DNA from: Alistipes sp. UBA940
Lineage (GTDB): Bacteria; Bacteroidota; Bacteroidia; Bacteroidales; Rikenellaceae
DNA length: 64,000 nucleotides
Reading direction: 5' to 3'
NCBI GenBank assembly: GCA_002293425.1
Contig: DBDE01000043.1
Location: forward strand, 41,021 to 105,020
This document shows, piece by piece, positions 54,409-64,000 of the stretch; position 1 is the stretch's first letter, and every line of letters begins with the position of its first letter. The notes below the pieces were generated by a model, which saw nothing but the letters and a program-made list of their open reading frames with translations, searched no databases and had not been told where the DNA came from. The position numbers and the translations under genes were made by a program.

Positions 54409-55575
54409 TCAACAAAGCACCTTCCGAATACGTTCGACAGCCTCAAAAGCCTCCTCCTGAGTTATGTTAAGTGCTGGCAGCAAGCGAATTACGCGCCCGC
54501 CCTGCGCCGTGCCGACAAACATCTTCTGCTCGAAAAGAAGTCGCCTCGCAACCCCCTCGAACTCGGGCGCGAGCTCCAGCCCGATCATCAATCCGCGACC
54601 ACGTATCTCACTGATACCCTGCACCTTACGTAGCTCGGTCATCAAATATTCGCCCACCTGCGCCGCGTTTTCGATGAGCCGATCACGCAGCATCACCCGA
54701 GCAACCGCCGTACCCGCAGCCGAGGCAAGTTGATTGCCCCCGAAAGTGGTTCCGAGCATCCCCTTTCGCGGCTCGAAAAATGGCGCAATCGCCAACGCAC
54801 CCATCGGAAAACCGTTGCCGATGCCCTTCGCCATAGTGTATATATCTGCCTGAATATCAGCGTGTTGCGTCGCGAAATAGCGACCTGTTCGACCGCAACC
54901 GCACTGAATTTCGTCGGCAATCCAAACGGCGTTATGTGCGGTACAAAGTCGCCGAACGGCACGCAAAAATTCGTCACTCGCGACCCTGATTCCGGCCACG
55001 CCCTGGATCGCCTCGACTATCACCGCCGCAACCTCCGAACCCTGCTCGGCAAACACACGTTCCAACGCCGCAACATCGTTCAACTCGCTGAATATCACGT
55101 TGTTACACTCGTTCACCGGAGCCACTATCGAGGGATTATCGGTCGCGGCAACGGCCAGCGAAGTGCGTCCGTGGAACGCCCCGCGAACCGACACGATTTT
55201 TCGCCTACCGGTGTGGAACGAAGCCAATTTGAGCGCGTTTTCGTTCGCCTCCGCACCGCTGTTGCACATAAAAAGCTGCCACTCGCCAGCCTCCGAAGAG
55301 CCCGAAAAATCCTCCGAACCAAGCCCAGAAACCTCGCCGAGAGCCTCGGCAAAAGCAGCTTGCCCGCTGATAATCACCGAGTTAGAGTAAAATCCCAACT
55401 GCTCCAACTGCCGCTCGACCGCCTCCACATAGTCCCTCTGAGAGTGCCCGACCGAAATCACCGCGTGGCCACCATACATATCGAGATACCGCTGCCCCGA
55501 CTCGTCCCAAACCCAACTTCCGCGTCCCCCGACAATCGAAAGGTCGTAAACGCTGTAAACATCGAACATTTTCAT
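54409..55575 (-). CDS. argD: Class III aminotransferase (acetylornithine aminotransferase-like)
   Basis: 388 aa with NSGAEANE, DEIQCGCGRTG and MAKGIGNGFP (PLP lysine), in an arg cluster. Confidence 0.8.
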   Translation of the reverse strand: MKMFDVYSVYDLSIVGGRGSWVWDESGQRYLDMYGGHAVISVGHSQRDYVEAVERQLEQLGFYSNSVIISGQAAFAEALGEVSGLGSEDFSGSSEAGEWQLFMCNSGAEANENALKLASFHTGRRKIVSVRGAFHGRTSLAVAATDNPSIVAPVNECNNVIFSELNDVAALERVFAEQGSEVAAVIVEAIQGVAGIRVASDEFLRAVRRLCTAHNAVWIADEIQCGCGRTGRYFATQHADIQADIYTMAKGIGNGFPMGALAIAPFFEPRKGMLGTTFGGNQLASAAGTAVARVMLRDRLIENAAQVGEYLMTELRKVQGISEIRGRGLMIGLELAPEFEGVARRLLFEQKMFVGTAQGGRVIRLLPALNITQEEAFEAVERIRKVLC

Positions 55576-55577
55576 AG

Positions 55578-56555
55578 CTAAAACGCTGAGGCTTTGAGAG
55601 TTAGTCCCATCTTTTCGGGCAAACCCAACATCAAATTCATATTTTGCACCGCCTGTCCGCTCGCGCCCTTCAGCAGATTATCTATCGTGCTGATAATCAA
55701 CACATTATCGCCGTGCCGCGCGACGTGAACAAGACATTTATTGGTATTTACGACCTGCTTCAGATCGGGCGCGCGATCGACAACAATCGTGAAAGCGGCG
55801 TCCCTGTAAAAATCGCGATATATCTCCTTCAACCGCTCTTCCGGCAGCTCGCACCGCGTCCATATCGAGGCGAAAATCCCCCTTGTAAAGGTTCCACGGA
55901 CGGGTACAAAGTCGATCTGACCCTCCCACGAAGGTTGCAGAGATTCTATTGCTTCGCCGATTTCGAGCAGATGTTGGTGTTCGAACTCCTTGTAGGTCGA
56001 CACATTATTTGCGCGCCAACTGAAATGGGTCGACGCGGTCGGCTTCTGCCCGGCACCGGTGGAACCCGTTGTGGCACAGACGTTTATGTCGTCAGTCAGC
56101 ACTCCCGCGGCTGCCAATGGAAGCATCCCGAGCTGCAAACAGGTGGCAAAACAGCCCGGATTTGCAATGCTGTCCGCCTGCCTAATTTGCTCGCGATTGA
56201 GCTCCGGAAGGCCATAGACAAACCTTCGCTCGTCGAGCTGCGAACTGTTCCGCAACCGAAAATCCTGACTAAGGTCGATGATTTTTGTTTCGGCAGGTAA
56301 TTCATTGATTTTCAGCCATTTACGCGCTTCTCCGTGACCCGAACATATAAACAACACATCGACCTCGGAGGTCGGCTCGGCCACAAAACGCAAATCGGTG
56401 TCGCCGACCAGATCGGTGTGCACGTCAATGAGCGGATTACCCGCATTCGACCCGCTCTGCACCCACGCCAAATCGACTCCTAAGTGGTTGATTAACAGCC
56501 TGATAGCCTCTCCGCCGGTATACCCTGCCCCTCCGATTATTCCAACTTTTTTCAT
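55578..56555 (-). CDS. argC: N-acetyl-gamma-glutamyl-phosphate reductase
   Basis: 325 aa with VGIIGGAGYTGGE, ANPGCFAT (catalytic Cys) and DNLLKGASGQAVQNMN. Confidence 0.9.
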   Translation of the reverse strand: MKKVGIIGGAGYTGGEAIRLLINHLGVDLAWVQSGSNAGNPLIDVHTDLVGDTDLRFVAEPTSEVDVLFICSGHGEARKWLKINELPAETKIIDLSQDFRLRNSSQLDERRFVYGLPELNREQIRQADSIANPGCFATCLQLGMLPLAAAGVLTDDINVCATTGSTGAGQKPTASTHFSWRANNVSTYKEFEHQHLLEIGEAIESLQPSWEGQIDFVPVRGTFTRGIFASIWTRCELPEERLKEIYRDFYRDAAFTIVVDRAPDLKQVVNTNKCLVHVARHGDNVLIISTIDNLLKGASGQAVQNMNLMLGLPEKMGLTLKASAF

Positions 56556-57406
56556 AGTCCAAAAATTCTTTTTGCATTTTGTGTCGTCGACTCGTCCACT
56601 TCAGCCTCCGAAACACTCAAAATCGCGGCCACAGCGGCCTGTATGTAGGTTAACCAAGCCGGCTCATTACGCTCTCCGCGGTGCGGAACAGGCGCAAGCC
56701 ACGGCGCATCGGTCTCCAAAACGATGTGTTCGCGCGCCATCTGCGGTAGCAATTCCGGCCACAAATTGCGCTTATATGTCACCGGTCCGCCGACCCCGAA
56801 AACAAAGTCGCCGAGAGCCGTAACTCGCTGATACTCAGCCATTCCGCCGCTAAACGCGTGCATCACACCCCGCAAATTGCGCCCTCGATAACGTTCCAAA
56901 ACCGCCAGCGTTTCCGCCCACGCATCGCGACAATGAACCGCAATCGGCAGATCATATCGCAACGCCAACTCTATCTGCCGCTCGAACGCCTCGGTCTGCT
57001 GCGGCAGAAAATCGTGGCTCCAATGGAGGTCGATGCCCACCTCGCCCACGGCACAAAAACGACCCGTTGCAAGGTGGTCCTCTACAATTTCGAGCTCCTC
57101 ACGCCACCCCTCATTGCCGTTCACCTCCGTCGGATGCACCCCCATCATCGGCCTGCAAGTCGGAACGCCGACGGCGGTTGGGGCAAAATTGTCGTCCGCA
57201 CCCGATTGTTCGCAAGTGAGTGGAGGCCGTTTTTCTTGCGAAGTTTTCGGATACTTACCACACAGCTCCAACAACCTGTCGTGCGTCGCCGAGCTCACCG
57301 CCGGACACAAAATATGGGTCACACCAGCCTGTGAAGCACGTTCGAGCATCTCCGCCCGATCGGCATCATAGTCCTCCAAATAGATATGACCGTGAGTGTC
57401 TATCAT
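56552..57406 (-). CDS. TatD-family metal-dependent hydrolase with an internal insertion
   Basis: 284 aa with MIDTHGHI, GEVGIDLH, AVHCRDA, MHAFSG and ETDAPW. An insert of about 35 aa (KTSQEKRPPLTCEQSGADDNFAPTAVGVPTC) sits over hairpin-forming DNA (57209-57242). Confidence 0.85.
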   Translation of the reverse strand: MIDTHGHIYLEDYDADRAEMLERASQAGVTHILCPAVSSATHDRLLELCGKYPKTSQEKRPPLTCEQSGADDNFAPTAVGVPTCRPMMGVHPTEVNGNEGWREELEIVEDHLATGRFCAVGEVGIDLHWSHDFLPQQTEAFERQIELALRYDLPIAVHCRDAWAETLAVLERYRGRNLRGVMHAFSGGMAEYQRVTALGDFVFGVGGPVTYKRNLWPELLPQMAREHIVLETDAPWLAPVPHRGERNEPAWLTYIQAAVAAILSVSEAEVDESTTQNAKRIFGL

Positions 57407-57422
57407 CGCATATTAACAATTT

Positions 57423-57470
57423 CAGCCCGCCACCCGCCCCTGGCGGGCTGACGAGTTTCTGCGAAACTCG
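57423..57470. repeat. GC-rich two-hairpin element, copy 2 (intergenic)
   Basis: CAGCCCGCC-loop-GGCGGGCTG, then ACG, then GAGTTTC-TGC-GAAACTC. Confidence 0.6.
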
Positions 57471-57607
57471 AAAAAAACCTAATTCTTAATCACCAAATTG
57501 TCGTCAGCGCGGAGCAGATTTTGCATCGACCGCAGTTTTGAGCAAGGGAATAGTACAAAGCGTACAGACCCGAGCGAAAAACAAGAAGATGCGAAAGATG
57601 CCCGCGA

Positions 57608-58708
57608 TCACGACAATTTCTCGTACAGTCCTCCGGGCAACCGCTTAACCCTTCCGGCAAACTCCAGCTCCAACAAAATCGGAGCCAACACGCTGTGACC
57701 CAACGCCGTACGCTCGCCCAAATCGTCCACCGACACAGCATTTCCGCTCTCGAAAAAGGTCAACAAACCCGCCGCATCGCCCGAAATCTGGGCCACCTGA
57801 CGCACCGGACGCGCCCCGATCTCCTCCACATCGATGTCCCACATATGCGCCCGAATCACATCCTCGCCGCTACACACCATTTGTGCCCGATTGCTCTTGA
57901 TCAACCCATTCACCCCCCATGCCACCTCGTCCGTCGCCCGCCCGGGAACCGCCATCACCACCCGATCGTAACCCAAAGCCAGCTCGGCCGTCTCCAGCGC
58001 GCCGCTCTTGTGAGGCGCCTCCACCACCACCGTACCCGCACTCAAACCCGCAATGATGCGGTTGCGCGCGAGGTAAAAATTACCGTTCTGCTTGCTGTTC
58101 GAGTGATATTCGCTCACCAGCGCGCCCCCCTGTTCGACAATCTCGCGCGCAATGCGGCTATGCTGGGCCGGAACAATCTCGGGCAGCGCACCCGGGATCA
58201 CCGCCACCGTGGGCACGCCATAGCGCAACGCCGCACGATGGAAATTGACATCGGCCCCGAACGCCAACCCGCTCACAACACACAAATCCGGCACCCTCTC
58301 GGCCAACTCCCTAACCAACCTGTCGCACATCGTCTGCCCGTAAGTGGACAATTTCCGCGTCCCCAACATCGACACACAACGCCTGCCGAGCACCCCCACA
58401 TCGCCCATCACATAAACCACGTGGGGATAGTCGGCCATCTCGCGCATCATCGGCGGATAGTCCTCATCGGTCGAAGCGACAGCTGTCAGTCCGTGCTTGC
58501 GAACATATTCCAATTCCCGCTCGGCCTGCCGGTGCATCGTCTTCCGGCAAATCTGCTCGGCCAAACTTTCGCGCAACCCCACCCTTGCGAGCTCCCAAGC
58601 CCCAACCTCGTAGATACTGTCGGCCGATCCGAATTCGGCCAGCAGTTGGACGATGTTTATCGGCCCGACGTTGGGTTCCAGCGTGAGAGCTAAATCGTTG
58701 ACGTTCAA
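57608..58708 (-). CDS. dprA: DNA-processing protein DprA
   Basis: 366 aa with VSGLAFGADVNFHRAAL, the Rossmann-like core and a C-terminal winged-helix-like tail. Confidence 0.85.
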   Translation of the reverse strand: MNVNDLALTLEPNVGPINIVQLLAEFGSADSIYEVGAWELARVGLRESLAEQICRKTMHRQAERELEYVRKHGLTAVASTDEDYPPMMREMADYPHVVYVMGDVGVLGRRCVSMLGTRKLSTYGQTMCDRLVRELAERVPDLCVVSGLAFGADVNFHRAALRYGVPTVAVIPGALPEIVPAQHSRIAREIVEQGGALVSEYHSNSKQNGNFYLARNRIIAGLSAGTVVVEAPHKSGALETAELALGYDRVVMAVPGRATDEVAWGVNGLIKSNRAQMVCSGEDVIRAHMWDIDVEEIGARPVRQVAQISGDAAGLLTFFESGNAVSVDDLGERTALGHSVLAPILLELEFAGRVKRLPGGLYEKLS

Positions 58709-58889
58709 TTGTTTGGATCGCGTTTAGTTGAATAAATCAAAAAAAACGACCCCCGGCTGCTAAGCTCCTCAAACTTTGCACATAAGTATTGCTATTGCTC
58801 CACCCTACCGGAGGTCGAAACCACCAGTAGAGCAATACAATACAGTGCCAAATCAAGCTTTTGAGGAGCTTACCGAGTGCAAAGTTAGC

Positions 58890-58921
58890 AAAAAAAAGCC
58901 TCTCCCAAAAACAGGAGAGGC
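58890..58921 (-). terminator. Rho-independent terminator after the SusC/SusD/lipoprotein operon
   Basis: 8-bp stem GCCTCTCC/GGAGAGGC with loop CAAAAACA, followed on the minus strand by TTTTTTTT. Confidence 0.7.
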
Positions 58922-58944
58922 TTCTTCGAAAAAACCAGCTATTC

Positions 58945-59847
58945 TCAGTTCAAATCGATGACATCAATAATAGTCGCACTGCTCTGGAGACCAAAGGCCG
59001 GATCGGACGCATACAAAAACATCGCTGCACGAATGATCCCATTCTCCATCACACCAGCCGCATTAGTCGCCGCAATCTGATCCCGAGTACCGGTCGTAAA
59101 CACACCGTAACCCCAATCAAATCCGAGGCTCTGCTCCGCAATAGTAACCTTAGCAGGATCGCGAGCGTCGATAACAACATAGAACGGCTCGCCGGGCTGC
59201 ATCTCCTCTTCCCATATCTCGGAGATACCCAAAGTCGTCCCCTCGAAGTCTCTCAAAGGGCTATAGGGAGTGATCAAACGGTAAAATCCGTCAATTTCGG
59301 ACTCCTGGTACATAATGTTCCACGTTGCCTGTTCAAGACCGAACAATGCGTTGAAAACCGACCCTGTGTACTTACCGATCTTAATCGCATCCTTCCAAGT
59401 CAGCGGAAGCACGGCATTGAACCTCACCCCGTCCAACCCATAAGGCGTAGTCACCGACTCATCGGTGATGGTAACCAAGACCGGATAATTAACATTAACA
59501 TCCAGCCCATCAGTATTGACAGGAATTTCAATGTCAGCCTCCGTCTCGCCCGCAGCAAAAGTCACACTACCCGTAGACGAAGACAACAAACCTGTCACAC
59601 TCGAACTAAACGACACCGGAACAGTCAAAGTACCATTCCCATCGGTACGGTAGATCTGAAGGGCAACCTTGGAGTCGGCAATATTAATCGCACCGGCAGT
59701 CTGATCGCTAAAATACGCGCGCGAACCATCCACCTCGGGCGAAGGCGAGCGCTTAGCATCGCCAAAATCCGACTTCGAGCACCCAGCCAGCACCAACACC
59801 GACATCAATGCCACCGAAAATATTCTAATCATATTTTTCATATCCAA
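58945..59847 (-). CDS. PUL-associated surface lipoprotein (unknown fold)
   Basis: 300 aa with lipobox VLAGCS. It lies immediately downstream of the SusD-like gene. Confidence 0.6.
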   Translation of the reverse strand: MDMKNMIRIFSVALMSVLVLAGCSKSDFGDAKRSPSPEVDGSRAYFSDQTAGAINIADSKVALQIYRTDGNGTLTVPVSFSSSVTGLLSSSTGSVTFAAGETEADIEIPVNTDGLDVNVNYPVLVTITDESVTTPYGLDGVRFNAVLPLTWKDAIKIGKYTGSVFNALFGLEQATWNIMYQESEIDGFYRLITPYSPLRDFEGTTLGISEIWEEEMQPGEPFYVVIDARDPAKVTIAEQSLGFDWGYGVFTTGTRDQIAATNAAGVMENGIIRAAMFLYASDPAFGLQSSATIIDVIDLN

Positions 59848-59871
59848 AAATCTGTTAAACTAAGTGGTAAA

Positions 59872-61491
59872 TTAATTAACGACACCATCCGTCAAACCTG
59901 CACCATCGCCCTTAACCGGAACATTGGGATTGGCATTGGTGCTGACCTCCAAAGCATCGTTACCATTGATCTCGGTCGAAGGAATCGGCAATACCATCAA
60001 ATCGCTCTCAGCGGCAACATTAAACTGATTAGTCTCAAGGAACGTACTGTAACCATCCCTGGGAACCCTCACCACGTTCTTGTTCAAACGCATAATGTCA
60101 AACCAACCACGACCCTCGCTCCAAAGCTCGATACGACGCTGGAACCAAACTTCGTCCTGGAAATCGGCAGCCGAAGTAGCAACCGAAACATAATCGGAAT
60201 TACGGTTTGCCTTAACCCAGCCCTCCAGAATAGCCTTACCACCAGCCAAATCACCCGACATAGCCAGCCCCTCGGCCTCGATCAAAAGCATCTCCTCACG
60301 ACGCATCATAATCCAGTCCGAAGCATTCTTACCACCATTCACGATGATGTTCTGATAGTCGTGAAACTTAACATTCACATAAGGTTCCCAATTCTGTTTC
60401 TTAGCCATCGGCGTTCCGTCCGGAGCCGTAAGACCATCACTGAGCGGCGACGACAGGTTCTCATCAACCCACCAGCCTTTCCTCACATCGCTCATAGGAA
60501 TAACATCCCACAACGGCTGATTGATCGAACGGCTGGGCTTACCCGTCGCATAACCGTTGCTCAAGTCGAACGAGCACAAAAAGCCAGGCCAGTTGATGAT
60601 ACCCGTCGTAACAACGCGAGAGGTCTCCGGAACCAAAACGGCCCACATAACCGAAGCAATATCGGCACTGTTGAACCCAGGAACCGAAACCGCCTGACGC
60701 GACAACAGCGTCGTATTCGAGTTAGTCTGAGCAGCCTTAGCATCGGCAGCAGCCGCAGCGTAATTGTGCATAGCCAAATTAACACGAGCGCGGATACCAT
60801 AAGCCACAGCCAAGTCGATAAACGACTTGTTAGGCCGAGCGACAGCGTCATCCAACATCTCGATAGCAGCATCCAGATCGTCCATAATCAAATCGTAAAC
60901 CGCCTGAACCGTAGCACGCGGGTTGTTGTTGATCTGGTCGGCCGGAGTATCCTCCGTCACGATAGGCACCCCAGGTTCCGTATCGGGATCGATAATGGCA
61001 TAATTAAGAGCATAAGCCTGAATCAACTCCGAATAGGCCCAAGCACGAGCCGCCAAAGCATAACCATAATAAGCATTGCGCTCCTTGCTCTCAGCGGCAT
61101 TTTTCATAGTACCGATGATAGCATTCGAATTGGCAATATACTTATAATAAGTCGACCAGGGCAGATAAGCAAACGCGCTCGTATAAGTACGGTTCGTATA
61201 TCCCTGAGGTCCGGCCATCTGATTATTGCTCGCAACACACGGAACATCCGGGCCCGCCGCATCCATAATCATATAAACCGACGGTATCCCGAAGTCGAAG
61301 TGATAACCATTATTGTCGACATCGGTAAAATTAAGGATCGCATTAAACCCGTTCATATCGCTACGGATCATCGACGCATCCTTCTGGTTGGCCATCACCG
61401 TGTCGCCCTCCGGATAGGTGTCCAGATCCACGCAGGCAGTAAACACGGCCAGCGCACCTATCGACCAAACTATTCTATTCAAATATTTCAT
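59872..61491 (-). CDS. susD: RagB/SusD-family outer-membrane nutrient-binding lipoprotein
   Basis: 539 aa with lipobox VFTACV and TPR-like helical repeats (RAWAYSELIQAYA, ARVNLAMHNYAAAAADA, RREEMLLIEAEG, ELWSEGRGWFDIMRLN). Confidence 0.85.
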   Translation of the reverse strand: MKYLNRIVWSIGALAVFTACVDLDTYPEGDTVMANQKDASMIRSDMNGFNAILNFTDVDNNGYHFDFGIPSVYMIMDAAGPDVPCVASNNQMAGPQGYTNRTYTSAFAYLPWSTYYKYIANSNAIIGTMKNAAESKERNAYYGYALAARAWAYSELIQAYALNYAIIDPDTEPGVPIVTEDTPADQINNNPRATVQAVYDLIMDDLDAAIEMLDDAVARPNKSFIDLAVAYGIRARVNLAMHNYAAAAADAKAAQTNSNTTLLSRQAVSVPGFNSADIASVMWAVLVPETSRVVTTGIINWPGFLCSFDLSNGYATGKPSRSINQPLWDVIPMSDVRKGWWVDENLSSPLSDGLTAPDGTPMAKKQNWEPYVNVKFHDYQNIIVNGGKNASDWIMMRREEMLLIEAEGLAMSGDLAGGKAILEGWVKANRNSDYVSVATSAADFQDEVWFQRRIELWSEGRGWFDIMRLNKNVVRVPRDGYSTFLETNQFNVAAESDLMVLPIPSTEINGNDALEVSTNANPNVPVKGDGAGLTDGVVN

Positions 61492-61524
61492 ATCTTAATC
61501 GTTTTAATCTGTTAAACCTCTTCG

Positions 61525-64000
61525 TTAGAAACTAACCGTCAAACCACCACTCAAAGTGCGGATCGCGCTGTAAGTATAAGCATCCGTATCGTCCGAAAGA
61601 ACCTGACGCGGGTCGAGACCCTTCCTGGCAGCCATATAACCGAGGTTATCAGCCACAAAGTAAACCCTCAACGAACCGATACCGATCTTATTCGTATACT
61701 TCTTGGGAACAGTATAACCGACCGTGATATTGTTCAAGCTCAGATAGTCACTGCTGATAAGGAAGCGGGTCGACCTGTAATTAGGATACGAGTCGGTCAC
61801 ATTAGCCCTCGGAGTGGTCGTGCTCCTGTTCTGTTCGGTCCACGAACCCAACATGTCCTTGTGCCAGTTATCACCACCACGGCGACCGTTACCCATCAAC
61901 TGTGCGTAAGTGCTGTCATAAACCCGACCGCCCAACTGATAAGCGAACTGAGCCGAAATATCGAATCCGTAAAGATAGATCGTTGTTCCGAAACCACCAT
62001 AGAACGTCGGCATCACATTGCCCGTCTCGCGCAAATCGGCCGCAGCACCATTAGACGTTGTCGACAACCCGATAACCTTGCCATCGGCATCCTTCACGTC
62101 CTGATAGTAAAGTGCCTGACCTGCCTGAACGGCCTCGTTCACATTCCCCGTCGTGGGATCATCCGCCCTGTCTTCCTGAGCAACACCAGCCCATTCGCGA
62201 ATATACATATTGTACATCGACTCACCTGCCTTGCGAATCCAGATGCCATCGACAACAGCTTCGTCCGTCAACGAAATAATCTTGTTCTTCAGGAAAGTAC
62301 CGTTAACATTCACCTCCCAAGAGAAATTCTTCTTCTGGAAAATAGTCCCGTAAAGGTCGATTTCAACCCCGCTGTTACGCATAGCACCCAGGTTCACCGG
62401 AATAGTTGCATAACCCGCCGAGGGAGACACCGGCATATCGTAAAGCAAGTCCACCGTCTTACGGCTAAAGAACTCGACATTACCACCCAAACGACCCTTC
62501 AACAACTCGAACTCGATACCCGCGTTGAAATTGTAAGAGGTCTCCCAAGTAATCTCCGGATTACCCTTATACTCCAACGAGGTTGCAAAGTCACCATCGC
62601 TGTTAGTCAACGCATACTGGTCCATATAAGGATACCAGTTAGGCAACTGGTCGTTACCCTGAACACCCCAGCTAACCTTAGCCTTCAACAGATCCACCCA
62701 CGAAACATCGAAGAAGTCCTCCTTGTTCACGATCCACGCCGCACCCAAGCTACCGAAGTTACCCCAACGATTGTCCGGATGGAAACGCGACGAAGCATCA
62801 CGACGGTACGAGCCCGAGAAATAATACTTCCCGTCATAATCGTACTGAACCCTACCCAAAAAGCCCTGAGTGGCATAGGTGTTCTTCGACGAATAAGAGT
62901 TCTGAGTACCGATACCGTTGTTCAATTCATAAACATTGGGATTGTAAAGCTTGTCCCTCACACCATCCAGATTAGAATCTTCCCTCTTGAAGCTTTCGTA
63001 ACCGGCCAACACATCGAAAGTGTGCTTGCCCCACTTCTTATGATAAGTGGCCAAATACTGCTGGTTAACATAGAAATAGCGTGCACGCTGCTTGTAGATA
63101 TAACCCTTACCGGCAGAAGGACCATAAAGCAAATTGTCCTGGCGGGTATATTCGGTCTGATCGAGGTCGACACCGATATTAGCCTGAACCTTCAACCCAT
63201 CGATAATGGTCGCCTCAGCACCCCAACGGCCGCCGAAAATGTCCATCTTGTACTTAATCATATCCAACTCCAGCGTACCCAAGGCGTTCGAACCGCTCGT
63301 AACACTACGAACCTGATTCACAGTCAAACCGTCACCATAGTCAAAAGCCTTCCTGTTCTGGCTATCGCGCATAATCTTGCCCTCCGCATCGCGAATATAC
63401 ATCGGATAAACCGGAGCCATAGTCACCGCAGGCCAGAACAAACTGCCCGACGACGAACCTTCCTGATTATCCGGAGCATCCTGAATAGAGCTCGTATAAG
63501 ACATATTGGCCGTGAACCTCAACCACTTCTTAGCCTGATAATCGGCCTTCAAACGGGTCGTAAACCGCTCGAACGATGAGTTGGGGACAAAGCCCGTATC
63601 ATCCAAATAACCGCCGCTAACAAAGTAGTTGAACCTCTCGTCCGACCCTGAAACCGACAAATTGTACTCCTGACGCAAGCCTTTCTTCCTGAAAGACTCT
63701 TTGTACCAATCGTCCGGAATATAGTAAAACTCGCCGTCATTATAACCCAACTTCGCATTGGGATTCAATTTTCCATTCATCCCGATCAAGCCCTGACCTT
63801 CCGGAAGAGTATAAACCTTATACCCCGTACCCGAGTTGGTGCCCGAACCGAAAAGACGAGCATTGGTCTGCCTGTTCAACTCTGCAACACTCTGACCAGC
63901 CGTGTTAGGATTGCTCAAATAGCTATTATAAATAGCCTCATACAACTTCTCAAAAAACATCCCGGGATCAGTCATCGACTCATAACGGGGAGTACCACGT
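61525..64000 (-). CDS. susC: SusC/RagA-family TonB-dependent outer-membrane transporter (5' end beyond the right edge)
   Basis: The frame stays open upstream of the track's Met at 63975 (..RGTPRYESMTDPG..). The beta-barrel repeats and the terminal ...RTLSGGLTVSF aromatic residue are typical of SusC-like proteins. Confidence 0.85.
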   Translation of the reverse strand, partial: RGTPRYESMTDPGMFFEKLYEAIYNSYLSNPNTAGQSVAELNRQTNARLFGSGTNSGTGYKVYTLPEGQGLIGMNGKLNPNAKLGYNDGEFYYIPDDWYKESFRKKGLRQEYNLSVSGSDERFNYFVSGGYLDDTGFVPNSSFERFTTRLKADYQAKKWLRFTANMSYTSSIQDAPDNQEGSSSGSLFWPAVTMAPVYPMYIRDAEGKIMRDSQNRKAFDYGDGLTVNQVRSVTSGSNALGTLELDMIKYKMDIFGGRWGAEATIIDGLKVQANIGVDLDQTEYTRQDNLLYGPSAGKGYIYKQRARYFYVNQQYLATYHKKWGKHTFDVLAGYESFKREDSNLDGVRDKLYNPNVYELNNGIGTQNSYSSKNTYATQGFLGRVQYDYDGKYYFSGSYRRDASSRFHPDNRWGNFGSLGAAWIVNKEDFFDVSWVDLLKAKVSWGVQGNDQLPNWYPYMDQYALTNSDGDFATSLEYKGNPEITWETSYNFNAGIEFELLKGRLGGNVEFFSRKTVDLLYDMPVSPSAGYATIPVNLGAMRNSGVEIDLYGTIFQKKNFSWEVNVNGTFLKNKIISLTDEAVVDGIWIRKAGESMYNMYIREWAGVAQEDRADDPTTGNVNEAVQAGQALYYQDVKDADGKVIGLSTTSNGAAADLRETGNVMPTFYGGFGTTIYLYGFDISAQFAYQLGGRVYDSTYAQLMGNGRRGGDNWHKDMLGSWTEQNRSTTTPRANVTDSYPNYRSTRFLISSDYLSLNNITVGYTVPKKYTNKIGIGSLRVYFVADNLGYMAARKGLDPRQVLSDDTDAYTYSAIRTLSGGLTVSF

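Noticed and set aside
58785-58845. Signal recognition particle (4.5S) RNA, because of the rod-like hairpin.
   Set aside because: The apical loop is CGAA rather than GNAR. The conserved AGCA and GGAA-proximal symmetric-loop nucleotides are not in the required positions.

Overview
This is a 64-kb chromosomal window from a fairly GC-rich Bacteroidales-type genome. The assignment rests on a SusC/SusD pair, type V pilus genes, DUF3575/DUF3868 genes and TAnnTTTG promoter boxes. It looks Alistipes/Rikenellaceae-like to me, but I could not run any search. All product names come from motif and family recognition in the supplied translations, not from database hits.

The window is almost fully coding, and many gene junctions overlap by 4 nt (ATGA or GTGA).

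**Housekeeping content:**
- Polyamine genes (carboxynorspermidine dehydrogenase and decarboxylase).
- ruvX, def, a meaB-like GTPase, rsmI, lysA, prfB, cysS, miaB and aroE.
- korAB, argBDC, tatD and dprA.
- Three tRNAs: Lys-TTT, Gln-TTG and Leu-GAG.

**Accessory content:**
1. A complete diversity-generating retroelement (DGR) on the minus strand (18830-23956). It has a reverse transcriptase, a 187-nt template repeat (TR), an Avd-like four-helix-bundle gene and a small MutS-like ORF. The variable repeat (VR) forms the C-terminus of an 822-aa fimbrial-type lipoprotein.
2. That target gene is the last structural gene of a type V pilus-like operon (DUF3575, DUF3868, Mfa2-like anchor, fimbrillin paralogue). 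Upstream sits a tyrosine recombinase and a cluster of GCGACAGATG hairpin motifs.
3. The VR is identical to the TR except at one position, where an A in the TR corresponds to a T in the VR. The target therefore looks essentially undiversified.
4. An 8.76-kb module is bracketed by a perfect 51-bp direct repeat. It carries a MacB-type ABC exporter, an HlyD adaptor, a TolC protein and a sigma-54-dependent two-component system.
5. A family of GC-rich two-hairpin elements is present, including one inserted in frame in cysS.
6. An orphan VR-like gene remnant lies just downstream of miaB.
7. A BlaI/BlaR1-like pair has palindromic operator-like boxes.

I saw no rRNA genes, CRISPR array or transposase.
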